A stretch of 64,000 nt of DNA from a virus (taxonomy: Duplodnaviria > Heunggongvirae > Uroviricota > Caudoviricetes), in IMG/VR virus record IMGVR_UViG_3300020451_002055; one strand, given 5' to 3'. A model generated the notes under the pieces. That model saw only the letters and a program-made list of their open reading frames with translations. It had not been told where the DNA came from and searched no databases. The first letter of the stretch is position 1. Each line of letters begins with the position of its first letter. Positions 1 through 7,415 of the stretch are shown one piece after another. The position numbers and the translations under genes were made by a program.

Positions 1-470
1 TCAAGGGCCTTGAACGCTTTCCTGAGGAAGCTCCTCATCTTCAGAGCGCCATACGTCCCTATATTTCCTACATTCTCTCTGCCATACCGTTCGATGATGT
101 AGTCATAGACTTCCCGCCTGCGCTCGTAGTCAAAATCAGTATCGATATCAGGAAAACCCGCTCTAGCAAATGCACGACGCTTCTCTAGGAACTCGCCTTC
201 CGGCTGCTTATGCGTCATGCCTATGGCCCATGCTGTCCAAGAGTTGACTCGGTTGTCCGAACCGGCTCTCCCCCTGGAAGCATGAAGTGCCTTGACGAAC
301 TCTTCGATTACCATCTTGCCATGTAGCCCCTCAGTCTCATACATGCGCTTGACTTCATCTTTGATGGACTGCTTAATCTCATCAGCCTTTGGATGAGAAT
401 TGATACGCTCCGTAACCTCCGGCTCCTTGAGAGCGGCAATAACTTCTGCTTTAGCATCTTCTGCTGCCAT
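1..470 (-). CDS. dnaE: DNA polymerase III alpha subunit, second (catalytic) part; runs off the window start; missing from the ORF track
   Basis: Manual translation from ATG at 470 (SD AGGAG 6 nt upstream): MAAEDAKAEV...FARAGFPDIDTDFDYERRREVYDYIIERYGRENVGNIGTYGALKMRS. PDIDxDF followed by R.EV..YI.E.YG..NV..I.T is the DnaE catalytic palm signature. Confidence 0.93.
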   Translation of the reverse strand, partial: MAAEDAKAEVIAALKEPEVTERINSHPKADEIKQSIKDEVKRMYETEGLHGKMVIEEFVKALHASRGRAGSDNRVNSWTAWAIGMTHKQPEGEFLEKRRAFARAGFPDIDTDFDYERRREVYDYIIERYGRENVGNIGTYGALKMRSFLRKAFKAL

Positions 471-481
471 ATTAGACTCCT

Positions 482-1879
482 TTAGTACCTATCTACGCCA
501 CCCATATCGTCTTCTGTATCCCTGGCGTCATCAGATGCCACAAGGGTTTGCAGGTCGATATCGTCGTCGCCGAAATTGAAGTCTTGCTCGGTTACAAAAT
601 ACTTGTCATCGAAGCCAAGGAACCTTTCCCAAAGAAGTCCATACTTCAAAGGATCAGGTCCGTAAGAGATGTTTAGACATCTCAGAAGAACGCTACCGAA
701 GCCGGAGCCTCTACCGCAGCCAACGATGATGTCTCGATCTTTCGCCGCAATAATGTAGTCTCGAACAACAAGGAAGTAAGTCGCAAAGTCGTAGCGATTG
801 TTTTCCCAGACAACCTGAACATCTCGCAACTCCATTTTCAGTCGCTCGACATGCTCGGGACTATTCTCCCAACCCAACTCCTTCAAGCCCTGATAAGCCA
901 AATGTTCAAGGTAGTGATATGGGTTAGAAAAGTCTTCAGGTATCGGATACCTTGGGAGCCTCATCTTGCCGGTCAGATTCTCCATGATATTTTCGCTGTC
1001 AACAGATGCCGCAATCTCCACCGTATTGGTTAGGAGATTGGGATGAGAACCGAAATGCATCTGCATCTCATCAACAGATTTGAGATAGAACTCATTGAAC
1101 GGGAAATGGATATGCTTTGGATCAGTCAAGCACTTGGAGGTATACATAGCCATGAGTAACTCCTGCGAAACGCCTTGGCATTTTTCGCAGTAGTGACAAT
1201 CATTACTCGCAATGCATTTGCAGTTCAGTTCATCTGAGAGCTTCAGTACGTCTGGAATGATCATAGCTTCCGCATCGATGCCATGATACATGACTTCGAG
1301 GAAGAAATCTTCGCCGAAGAGTTCCTTGAACTTACCGGCAGCCTTGCGTGCCTGATCGTATCTGTCATGGAGTAAGTTTGCGTTGACAACGCTACTCAAA
1401 CATGCAGAAGAACAGATCAGTCCCTCATGATGCTTCTCTAGAAGGTCGAAGTCAATTCGAGGATCTTGAAAGGCGTATCCCTCTGTCCATGACGCCTGAG
1501 ACAATCTGCAGAGGTTCTGATATCCGGTCCAGTTCTTTGCAATGAGGACGAGGTGACGATTACCCTTGCGGCCATCGGTCTGCCCCTCTTCAAGGACATT
1601 GCCTCGCTTGTCTTTCTTGTTCTTGAAATGGACATGACGGTCTTTGGCCAGATAAAACTCGCAGCCTACGATCGGCTTGATGCCGACCTTCTTGCACTCG
1701 TTCATGAACTTGAACGCGCCGCCCATGTTGCCGTGATCGGTGATCGCTAGAGACTCGAAGCCCATCTTGGCTGCGTAAGCCGGAAACTTGCTGACCTTGT
1801 TGACACCATCAAATGCTGAGTATTCCGTATGATTATGCAGATGCACGAAGTCCGCATTAGTGAGCTTCTTCTTAGCCAT
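482..1879 (-). CDS. dnaE: DNA polymerase III alpha subunit, first part (PHP domain to the GRGS/ERFL region)
   Basis: FVHLHNHTEYS..DG, AITDHGN, KPIVGCEFY, HLVLIAKN..GYQNL, SSACL, ASNDCHY, EFYLKS..EM, GCGRGSGFGS, DPLKYGLLWERFL. PHP metal ligands look intact. Ends in an acidic tail and TAA before the PDID motif. Confidence 0.95.
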   Translation of the reverse strand: MAKKKLTNADFVHLHNHTEYSAFDGVNKVSKFPAYAAKMGFESLAITDHGNMGGAFKFMNECKKVGIKPIVGCEFYLAKDRHVHFKNKKDKRGNVLEEGQTDGRKGNRHLVLIAKNWTGYQNLCRLSQASWTEGYAFQDPRIDFDLLEKHHEGLICSSACLSSVVNANLLHDRYDQARKAAGKFKELFGEDFFLEVMYHGIDAEAMIIPDVLKLSDELNCKCIASNDCHYCEKCQGVSQELLMAMYTSKCLTDPKHIHFPFNEFYLKSVDEMQMHFGSHPNLLTNTVEIAASVDSENIMENLTGKMRLPRYPIPEDFSNPYHYLEHLAYQGLKELGWENSPEHVERLKMELRDVQVVWENNRYDFATYFLVVRDYIIAAKDRDIIVGCGRGSGFGSVLLRCLNISYGPDPLKYGLLWERFLGFDDKYFVTEQDFNFGDDDIDLQTLVASDDARDTEDDMGGVDRY

Positions 1880-1894
1880 TCATCCTCCTAGCGT

Positions 1895-2236
1895 TTAGAT
1901 ATCCAAGAAATCGTCGATTGTAAGACTCTTGGCATCTTCGCTATCGATCGGATTGTTGCCCGTAATTGAGATACTCACAATGTTCTCGAACGGAATGCGC
2001 TTCAATGTCAAGGTGTGAGTTGGACCTATCGAAAGTATGTCTAAGAATCGCTCTTCTGATATAGCAGTTATGCGAAGTTTGTCATACCTGGTGGTAGAAC
2101 CATCTCTCTTGATAGTGCCCGCGAAAGTAGTTCTCTTCTTGTAGAGAGACTTGCATATGTCAAGCTGAGCTTCTTTATCGAAGATGTCTTCGTCAATGAC
2201 AGGTATCAGAACTACCTGCTTGCATTGTATCTGCAT
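1895..2236 (-). CDS. hypothetical protein (113 aa)
   Basis: Tiles the minus-strand gene run with 3-15 nt gaps; no recognisable motif. Confidence 0.7.
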   Translation of the reverse strand: MQIQCKQVVLIPVIDEDIFDKEAQLDICKSLYKKRTTFAGTIKRDGSTTRYDKLRITAISEERFLDILSIGPTHTLTLKRIPFENIVSISITGNNPIDSEDAKSLTIDDFLDI

Positions 2237-2239
2237 CTG

Positions 2240-2719
2240 TCAGTCCTCGACTTCGATTTTGGCCGGGTTCTCAAGAGAATGACTCGACGTATTCTCGATG
2301 AACCTAGTTTCACCCTTGGGCGTCTCAACTTCAATCTCAATCGGTTCCTCGCCCGTCGATCTCTCTCTATCTAGATCGGCCTGCGATCCGGCGATGACAT
2401 GCTTCTTCACAATCGGCTTCTCGGTCTTTGGTCGAGGCTTTCTCAGCGTGAATGCTTTTCGAACCTCATCTCCAAACTTTGAAAGACTCTCAGACAGTCG
2501 ATTGTCGGCAAGTCTCTCGAAAGAATCGCTCATATGAGAAACCATGTCTCCCATGTCTCGACAAATGTAGTGGTGACCGGTTCCATAAAACAAAGCCTCC
2601 TCATGTTCATCGAGGAAGCCTTGAGAGCAGAACGGAGCTAGAGAGAGGAGCCAGTGGACGAGATGCTCTTCGTCTTCGGACAATAGCACGTCAACTATTT
2701 CTCTTGTAAGCGGGTCCAT
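2240..2719 (-). CDS. hypothetical protein (159 aa)
   Basis: Tiles the gene run (1 nt after the upstream stop); no motif. Confidence 0.7.
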   Translation of the reverse strand: MDPLTREIVDVLLSEDEEHLVHWLLSLAPFCSQGFLDEHEEALFYGTGHHYICRDMGDMVSHMSDSFERLADNRLSESLSKFGDEVRKAFTLRKPRPKTEKPIVKKHVIAGSQADLDRERSTGEEPIEIEVETPKGETRFIENTSSHSLENPAKIEVED

Positions 2720-2720
2720 T

Positions 2721-2996
2721 TCATACGCCGCCTTTGGGGAACTTCATTCGAACGCCAGCTTCATCATCTCTGATATACTTAGGCTTAGTCTCATTGATAT
2801 ACTTGCGAGTCTCTTCGCACCATTCCCATGCAGGGCCATTATGCTTGACCATGGGAGCGCAAATAACCCTCTGACAAGGACGACCATCTTCCGGGTTCTT
2901 TGTCAGAGCATCATCGCTCATCTTTTGGAATGTCTCGAAATGCTCGTCTGTAGGGTTTCCGTCTTTGTCTAGATAGGCGTAAACGTATGTTGGCAT
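2721..2996 (-). CDS. FmdB-family regulatory 'zinc ribbon'-like protein, Cys-poor variant
   Basis: MPTYVY...EHFETFQKMSDDALTKNPEDGRPCQRVICAP fits the MPTYEY..C..C..FE..Q.MSD..L..CP.CG...RRLIS pattern without the CxxC pairs. Confidence 0.7.
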   Translation of the reverse strand: MPTYVYAYLDKDGNPTDEHFETFQKMSDDALTKNPEDGRPCQRVICAPMVKHNGPAWEWCEETRKYINETKPKYIRDDEAGVRMKFPKGGV

Positions 2997-3241
2997 TAGA
3001 TGTCCCTATCTTCATACGCTCCATCGGGCATGAAGCCCTCGCAGTTAGTTACTGCCATGAAGCTAGATCCTGATTTGTATAGCTTGACCTTCTGCAGAAC
3101 TCCGAAAACGCTGATATCTACCAGCGATACCGGATTGCCGCATTCTTTGTTGACGCAGCTTTCGCACAGGGGCATCTGAACGCCACCCGGTCCAACAGGC
3201 AGCTTAGCCATAGAGCTAAGTTTGACCTTGTATTGGGTCAA
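2996..3241 (-). CDS. small Cys-containing hypothetical protein
   Basis: CESCVNKEC...C motif; stop/start overlaps with both neighbours. Confidence 0.7.
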   Translation of the reverse strand: MTQYKVKLSSMAKLPVGPGGVQMPLCESCVNKECGNPVSLVDISVFGVLQKVKLYKSGSSFMAVTNCEGFMPDGAYEDRDI

Positions 3242-3804
3242 TCGCTATCCTCTGCCCTTTTGATACTCTTCTTGGAGGCTTTCTTGCTGCCTTCCGCCCT
3301 AGCAGCAGCCCATTCTTCTCGGCTTGAACCTCTTTCCGCGATAATGTCGTCTGCCTTTGCTTTCTTCTTCGGCTCAACGGTAAATGACTCAAAGCCATCC
3401 TTCGGAATGTCAACGCCTTCAAGCGGCTCCGGAATTTCTGGCTCAGGTTTTTCTTCAACTGGCTGTTGAACCGGGGCTCCGGTCTTATACATACCAGGAG
3501 AACCTGTAATCGTCGGCATGCTCACGCGAGCGGAAGGGGTGGTGTTCTCTCTGTATACTGGCTTGGATGCATTCTTACCGCTATGCAGATTGTCAATGCG
3601 ACGAATCTCTTCGCTGACATCAGTAAACATCGCAGCAGGAAAGCTGTATCCGACGTTGTTGTTGTCGTCGAGCATCGAGATCGTCGGACCGAACTCCTTC
3701 GTATGATGATAACGAAGAGCTACAGTTACAGGCGTCTGGTCTGAAGAATCAGTCTCAAACTCCCATTCGAAATCATGGTTTCTCTTGTTCTCTTTGATCG
3801 GCAT
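3238..3804 (-). CDS. hypothetical protein (188 aa)
   Basis: GAGGAG SD upstream; ATGA overlap with the next gene. Confidence 0.75.
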   Translation of the reverse strand: MPIKENKRNHDFEWEFETDSSDQTPVTVALRYHHTKEFGPTISMLDDNNNVGYSFPAAMFTDVSEEIRRIDNLHSGKNASKPVYRENTTPSARVSMPTITGSPGMYKTGAPVQQPVEEKPEPEIPEPLEGVDIPKDGFESFTVEPKKKAKADDIIAERGSSREEWAAARAEGSKKASKKSIKRAEDSD

Positions 3805-4003
3805 TGCTTTTCTCCTCTAGGTGTTGCTTCAGGTAAGCTCTTATCGTCTCTTGAGCCTGCCTATGTTTATCATCGTATGTCTCTTCTATCGACCTGATCG
3901 GCTCAATATAGTTGCCGCATCTCGTGCAAATCTTGCCGAAATGGTTTGAGTGGCCTTCGAAACAAAAGCCGCATTGATCGCATTGAATCCCATTAGACAT
4001 CAT
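3773..4003 (-). CDS. small zinc-ribbon protein
   Basis: CDQC...CTRC pair; fills the gene run. Confidence 0.6.
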   Translation of the reverse strand: MMSNGIQCDQCGFCFEGHSNHFGKICTRCGNYIEPIRSIEETYDDKHRQAQETIRAYLKQHLEEKSNADQREQEKP

Positions 4004-4451
4004 CAGATTCTACATCTGGTTCGGAGAAATCCCGGTGTTCCCTTTCTCCATACTGAGAATCAAACACGCTAGAATCCGCAATGAATGTATCCCATTGCAA
4101 ATGCCAAAAGTCTGTCCATGTATCAATGAGGGACGGAAGCGGTTCAGGCCGTTTCCATCCATACTCTTGAGCCCAATAGCTCAAGCATCGAATATCCGGG
4201 TTATGAATGTCTCGGATAGTAGGAACATAGTCTGCGACAATCAGCCTGCCATCCCAATAAAAATGGCATGAGAACTGAGCAAAACCGAAAGGATTTTGAA
4301 TCGTCACAGTAGAGTCTATCATCCACCTCTCTACCGGCAGGTCTTCAATAATGCCATTTGAACGAGGCTTCTTCATGAGAGCAACAACGTCTTCGTAGTT
4401 GCCGTTAGCCTCCAAGAGAGTTAGATCATTGAATTGGATTTCAAAGTCCAT
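3993..4451 (-). CDS. hypothetical protein (Trp-rich)
   Basis: Likely start MDFEIQF at 4451 by TAATG coupling to the upstream MTase stop (ORF track starts at 4475). Confidence 0.7.
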   Translation of the reverse strand: MDFEIQFNDLTLLEANGNYEDVVALMKKPRSNGIIEDLPVERWMIDSTVTIQNPFGFAQFSCHFYWDGRLIVADYVPTIRDIHNPDIRCLSYWAQEYGWKRPEPLPSLIDTWTDFWHLQWDTFIADSSVFDSQYGEREHRDFSEPDVESDDV

Positions 4452-5230
4452 TAGGCAAAAACATCCAATGCGCAAGCGACACGACTGCGAGCATATTCGA
4501 CGCTATCAATATCGTTGTCTATACCAATGTATTTACGGCGCAACTTCTTAGCTACTGCAGCAGTAGTTCCCGTTCCCATGAATGGGTCAAGTACGATATC
4601 GTCTTGATAGCAGTATAGTTTGACGAGTCTTCGAACTAACTCTTCCGGATAAGGAACGTGATGCTTGCCGCGCTTTCTTGTTTCTGGCTGTATGAACCAC
4701 ATGCTCATGGTCCATTGCTGAAACTCTTTATCTGTCAGATCGCATTTTTCCTTATCGCCTTCAAGACGATAGTCGCCCTTTGACCAAACAAGAACATACT
4801 CATGATTGCGTCGTATGATGGGGTTTGAACATGATCCGTATGAGCCCCAAGCGGTTGCAGAGCCGACTAGGTTCTGCTTATACCAGGCAATCTCTGTGCG
4901 GAACATGAAGTCGTTTTTGCGATTCAGGTTTACAAAATCAGCATATAACGGGCGGTAATATTCCTGAGAACGGTCGCCCATATTTGCGGTCATATCAATA
5001 TTGACGCAAAGACGCCCGCCGGGACGTAGGACTCGATAGCATTCAGCCCATACCTTACCCATCCAATCGAGATATTCCTCATGAGCCATCTCGTCGTCAT
5101 GTTCTGCGTAATCAATGCCAACGTTGTATGGAGGCGAAGTGACGACAAGAGAGACCATATCATTTGGTATCTGCTTGAGACCATCGAGAACATCCATATG
5201 CAGAATCTTGTTTACTACGTCTATTGCCAT
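4451..5230 (-). CDS. DNA methyltransferase, beta class (N4-C/N6-A), SPPY type
   Basis: VTSPPYN, HHVPYPEELVRRLV, VLDPFMGTGTT; GAGG SD before ATG 5230. Confidence 0.93.
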   Translation of the reverse strand: MAIDVVNKILHMDVLDGLKQIPNDMVSLVVTSPPYNVGIDYAEHDDEMAHEEYLDWMGKVWAECYRVLRPGGRLCVNIDMTANMGDRSQEYYRPLYADFVNLNRKNDFMFRTEIAWYKQNLVGSATAWGSYGSCSNPIIRRNHEYVLVWSKGDYRLEGDKEKCDLTDKEFQQWTMSMWFIQPETRKRGKHHVPYPEELVRRLVKLYCYQDDIVLDPFMGTGTTAAVAKKLRRKYIGIDNDIDSVEYARSRVACALDVFA

Positions 5231-5238
5231 GATGCCTC

Positions 5239-6009
5239 TCAAAGAAATACGTCTTGCTGAATTGCTCGCCTACACCTCTCTTCGGCGATGCCAGCAGCTT
5301 CATTCGAAATATCACAACCAACCGGATGTCTGCCTAGTCTCATCGCTGCCTCGATGAATGAGCCGCTGCCCATGAATGGATCGCAAACACGATCTCCATC
5401 ATTCGACCAAAGCTGAACTACTCGCTTCATTAGATCGAGGGGCTTCTGCGTTGCGTATCCTGTCTTCTCCGGTTCATTGCGGCAAATCGCAGGAATATCC
5501 ATCCACCAGTCTTCGAGAATCTTACCTTTGGCCTCGTACTCTTCCCAAGGTATTTTCTCCTTAGACCATGCGGTTTTACCGCCTACATTCATCTTTGTCT
5601 TGTAAGGAACTCTTTGTTCGTTGTAGGTATAGTTGCCTATTCCATACCAGAGCAGATTTTGGTGCTTTCTCGGAAGCCATTTCTTTGAAGATGCAGGATT
5701 ACTGAATCCCCAAATGATCTCGTTTCGAAAATTCTCTCTTCCGAAAATACTGTCCATTAGAACTCTAAGATTGTGAACGCACTTATAGTCTACATGAACA
5801 ACTATGTTAGCATCAGGCAGCATCAGTTCTTGCATGACTCTAAGACGGTCAGACATGAAATCTAGATAGTCATGAAGATTATCGCCTACGCCATAATATG
5901 TGTCCTCGCCCTTATAACTGTAGGGCGGGTCCATGTAAATCAGAGAAAAGCCTTCTGAGTCTCTAAGCTCAAGGCAATCCTTCACATGCAGGTCATACTT
6001 AGTCTTCAT
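5239..6009 (-). CDS. DNA methyltransferase, beta class, DPPY type (likely N6-adenine)
   Basis: LIYMDPPY, FRNEIIW, YATQKPLDL, DPFMGSGS. Confidence 0.93.
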   Translation of the reverse strand: MKTKYDLHVKDCLELRDSEGFSLIYMDPPYSYKGEDTYYGVGDNLHDYLDFMSDRLRVMQELMLPDANIVVHVDYKCVHNLRVLMDSIFGRENFRNEIIWGFSNPASSKKWLPRKHQNLLWYGIGNYTYNEQRVPYKTKMNVGGKTAWSKEKIPWEEYEAKGKILEDWWMDIPAICRNEPEKTGYATQKPLDLMKRVVQLWSNDGDRVCDPFMGSGSFIEAAMRLGRHPVGCDISNEAAGIAEERCRRAIQQDVFL

Positions 6010-6727
6010 CGTCAAATATACTGTCCCAGAACTTTTTGTTGATCTCGTAGCCAACAGCGTTCATGCCCATCTTGCGAGCGGCCCTTGCAGTAGTGCCCGA
6101 GCCCATGAATGGGTCGAGGACAAGGGATCTTTCCGGCAGATTGGCTAGTTTCAAGCATCGAGTCGGTATCTCTTCTGGAAACATATCCTTATGCGGTTTC
6201 TGCTTCTTACTTTGAACTGTCGGATATCCGACGTACCAAACATTACCGGCACACCGAACATCTTGTTTCTGCTGATCTCCATCGAACACTCCATACCGCT
6301 TGACATTGCTCTTATGCATGTATGGAATACCTAGAGAAAGCCTGTCGATTTTGGCCTTACCCTTGCTGAACTGAAAAATGTATTCGAACATATTGTTCAT
6401 GCGATAGTCGCTGTTGATAGGCGTGTAGTGACCGCCGCTAAACGGATTGCTCTTGACCCAAATGATCGTGTCAATCCAGTCAAGCTTCTTAGCTAGCTCG
6501 TTTGCGCATTCAAACGGTCTACCCTTGTCGCTAGCTAGTTGTCCAAAGTTCACGAAAGCCAAAGTTCCCGGCTTCATGACTCTGTAAAGCTCCGATGCTA
6601 GACTTCTCATCAAGCCCGGAGAATACCCGTCCTCATCCTTGTAGGGTGGAGAGGTGATAACAAGATCTACGCTATGATCCCTTATCTCGTCCATGCTCTC
6701 GCAGGACTTCTTGTGAAGTTCTACCAT
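5999..6727 (-). CDS. DNA methyltransferase, beta class, SPPY type
   Basis: DLVITSPPY, HKDMFPEEI, VLDPFMGSGTT, GYEIN; GGAGG SD. Confidence 0.93.
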   Translation of the reverse strand: MVELHKKSCESMDEIRDHSVDLVITSPPYKDEDGYSPGLMRSLASELYRVMKPGTLAFVNFGQLASDKGRPFECANELAKKLDWIDTIIWVKSNPFSGGHYTPINSDYRMNNMFEYIFQFSKGKAKIDRLSLGIPYMHKSNVKRYGVFDGDQQKQDVRCAGNVWYVGYPTVQSKKQKPHKDMFPEEIPTRCLKLANLPERSLVLDPFMGSGTTARAARKMGMNAVGYEINKKFWDSIFDDED

Positions 6728-7415
6728 CTTGGCCTCCGCTAACGTTGCGTCTTAGACGCTCAATCTCTTCCTCTTGTTTTCGACAATTGAAGTGATTGAC
6801 TCTATTGCGGATATGATAACCAAGACCTTCTGGATTATCGTCATCGAACAAGGCCTTCAAACCTTGGACGTTTTCTGCATACAAATACTTCTCTATCATG
6901 CGGCCTGCCTTCTCTGCAATAACAATCTCATCCGGATCAAAGTTGACTGCTTTGAGATAGTCATGCAAAGATTTATTCAGACAGAACGCTAGTTCTAGAG
7001 ACTCCCTCGGGCTAGGTCTATCCGAGTCCGAAGTAATCTCTAAGATCAAGGCATCCATGATGTCTTCGACATTGATGCCGATGCCTTCGCTTAGACGCTC
7101 AACAACCTGTCTTAAGCCCAGGTTTTCATACTCGGCTACAAAATGAACAATGGAGCCGCCGGACTTGCAGCCGTAGCAATAAAAGTCCTCATGATCTCCC
7201 TTGTCATAGATGTAGAACGAAGGAGAGTTATCGTTAGGATGGCTTGGAAGAGGACAATGATATACAAGATTGCCGTTCGTTCGCATCCGAGCATTGACCC
7301 CTCGCTCGGCTAAATAGTCGGATATCTTGTGCTTGAGCTTGATTTGATCGATGACGATCTGAGGAGTCCTGTCTCCTCTCTTCTCAATATGGACATAAGT
7401 AGGGCCTTCGCTCAT
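6672..7415 (-). CDS. DnaG-type CHC2 zinc-finger protein (primase zinc-binding domain without TOPRIM)
   Basis: CPLPSH..DNSPSF...FYCYGCKSGGSIVHFV..YE.L...Q.VERL; the C-terminal half is helical with no VVEG/DxD TOPRIM motifs. Confidence 0.85.
   Translation of the reverse strand: MSEGPTYVHIEKRGDRTPQIVIDQIKLKHKISDYLAERGVNARMRTNGNLVYHCPLPSHPNDNSPSFYIYDKGDHEDFYCYGCKSGGSIVHFVAEYENLGLRQVVERLSEGIGINVEDIMDALILEITSDSDRPSPRESLELAFCLNKSLHDYLKAVNFDPDEIVIAEKAGRMIEKYLYAENVQGLKALFDDDNPEGLGYHIRNRVNHFNCRKQEEEIERLRRNVSGGQDGRTSQEVLREHGRDKGS

Noticed and set aside
470-620. Sequencing frameshift, intron or split intein as the cause of the DnaE break
   Set aside because: About 150 extra codons separate ERFL from PDID, part 2 has its own SD and ATG, and no intein or intron hallmarks are visible; an assembly error cannot be fully excluded without reads
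3216-3458. Alternative-frame minus-strand ORFs nested in longer genes (also 32607-32897, 55942-56274 and others)
   Set aside because: They overlap better-supported CDSs almost completely and show out-of-frame composition
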